From positions 8,494,001-8,558,000 of the forward strand of contig NC_043025.1 of NCBI RefSeq assembly GCF_006345805.1: a stretch of DNA of 64,000 nucleotides, written 5' to 3'. Below the pieces are notes generated by a model that ran no database searches, was not told the DNA's origin, and saw nothing but the letters and a program-made list of their open reading frames with translations. A program made the translations under genes and the position numbers. The DNA is from Octopus sinensis. Its lineage: Eukaryota. Positions 63,709 through 64,000 of this stretch are shown one piece after another (position 1 is the stretch's first letter; every line of letters starts with the position of its first letter).

Positions 63709-64000
63709 AAAGGAGAAGGAAAGATCCAGAGAAGGGAAGACAGAGGAAAAAAAATTGCTGGCGGTGCACATATCCATTGCCAGTGGAGCGCTAAGAGTAC
63801 CATACGAGTGAGATCGTTGCCAGAGCAACAAGCTGGCCTTCGTGCCCATGGCACGTTAAACACACCATTCGAGCGTGATTGTTACCGCGTCGCCTTACTA
63901 GCACTTGTGCTGATGGCACGTGAAACATTCGAGCGAGGTCGTCGCCAGTGCCGCTGGACTGGCTCCTGTGCAGGTGGCACGTAAAAAGCACCATTTGGGC

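Overview
Eukaryotic, AT-rich, repeat-dense genomic DNA; the repeat families and microsatellites suggest an octopod cephalopod (inference). The whole window lies inside one minus-strand gene, the 3' part of C2CD3 (C2 domain-containing protein 3, a distal centriole/ciliogenesis protein). I read 19 coding exons from 63462 down to the stop at 257. All have GT-AG boundaries and chain in phase without stops (4524 nt, 1507 codons plus stop); the 5' exons lie beyond the window end. The introns are filled with 5'-truncated RTE LINE tails, three tRNA-derived SINE families, non-autonomous Helitrons, TTAA and 8-bp-TSD MITEs, LINE and Tc1 relics, and a 7.7-kb 26-bp satellite that grew from an RTE 3'-UTR module. 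The least obvious signal is about 11 minimal type I hammerhead-ribozyme motifs from several unrelated sequence families, mostly in short AT-rich, often inverted-repeat elements in or near (TA)n tracts (Penelope-like signature). One is joined to a tRNA-like head in a TSD-flanked palindromic element. Nearly all long ORFs in the supplied track are repeat artefacts. Exon coordinates were counted by hand; repeat boundaries are approximate.
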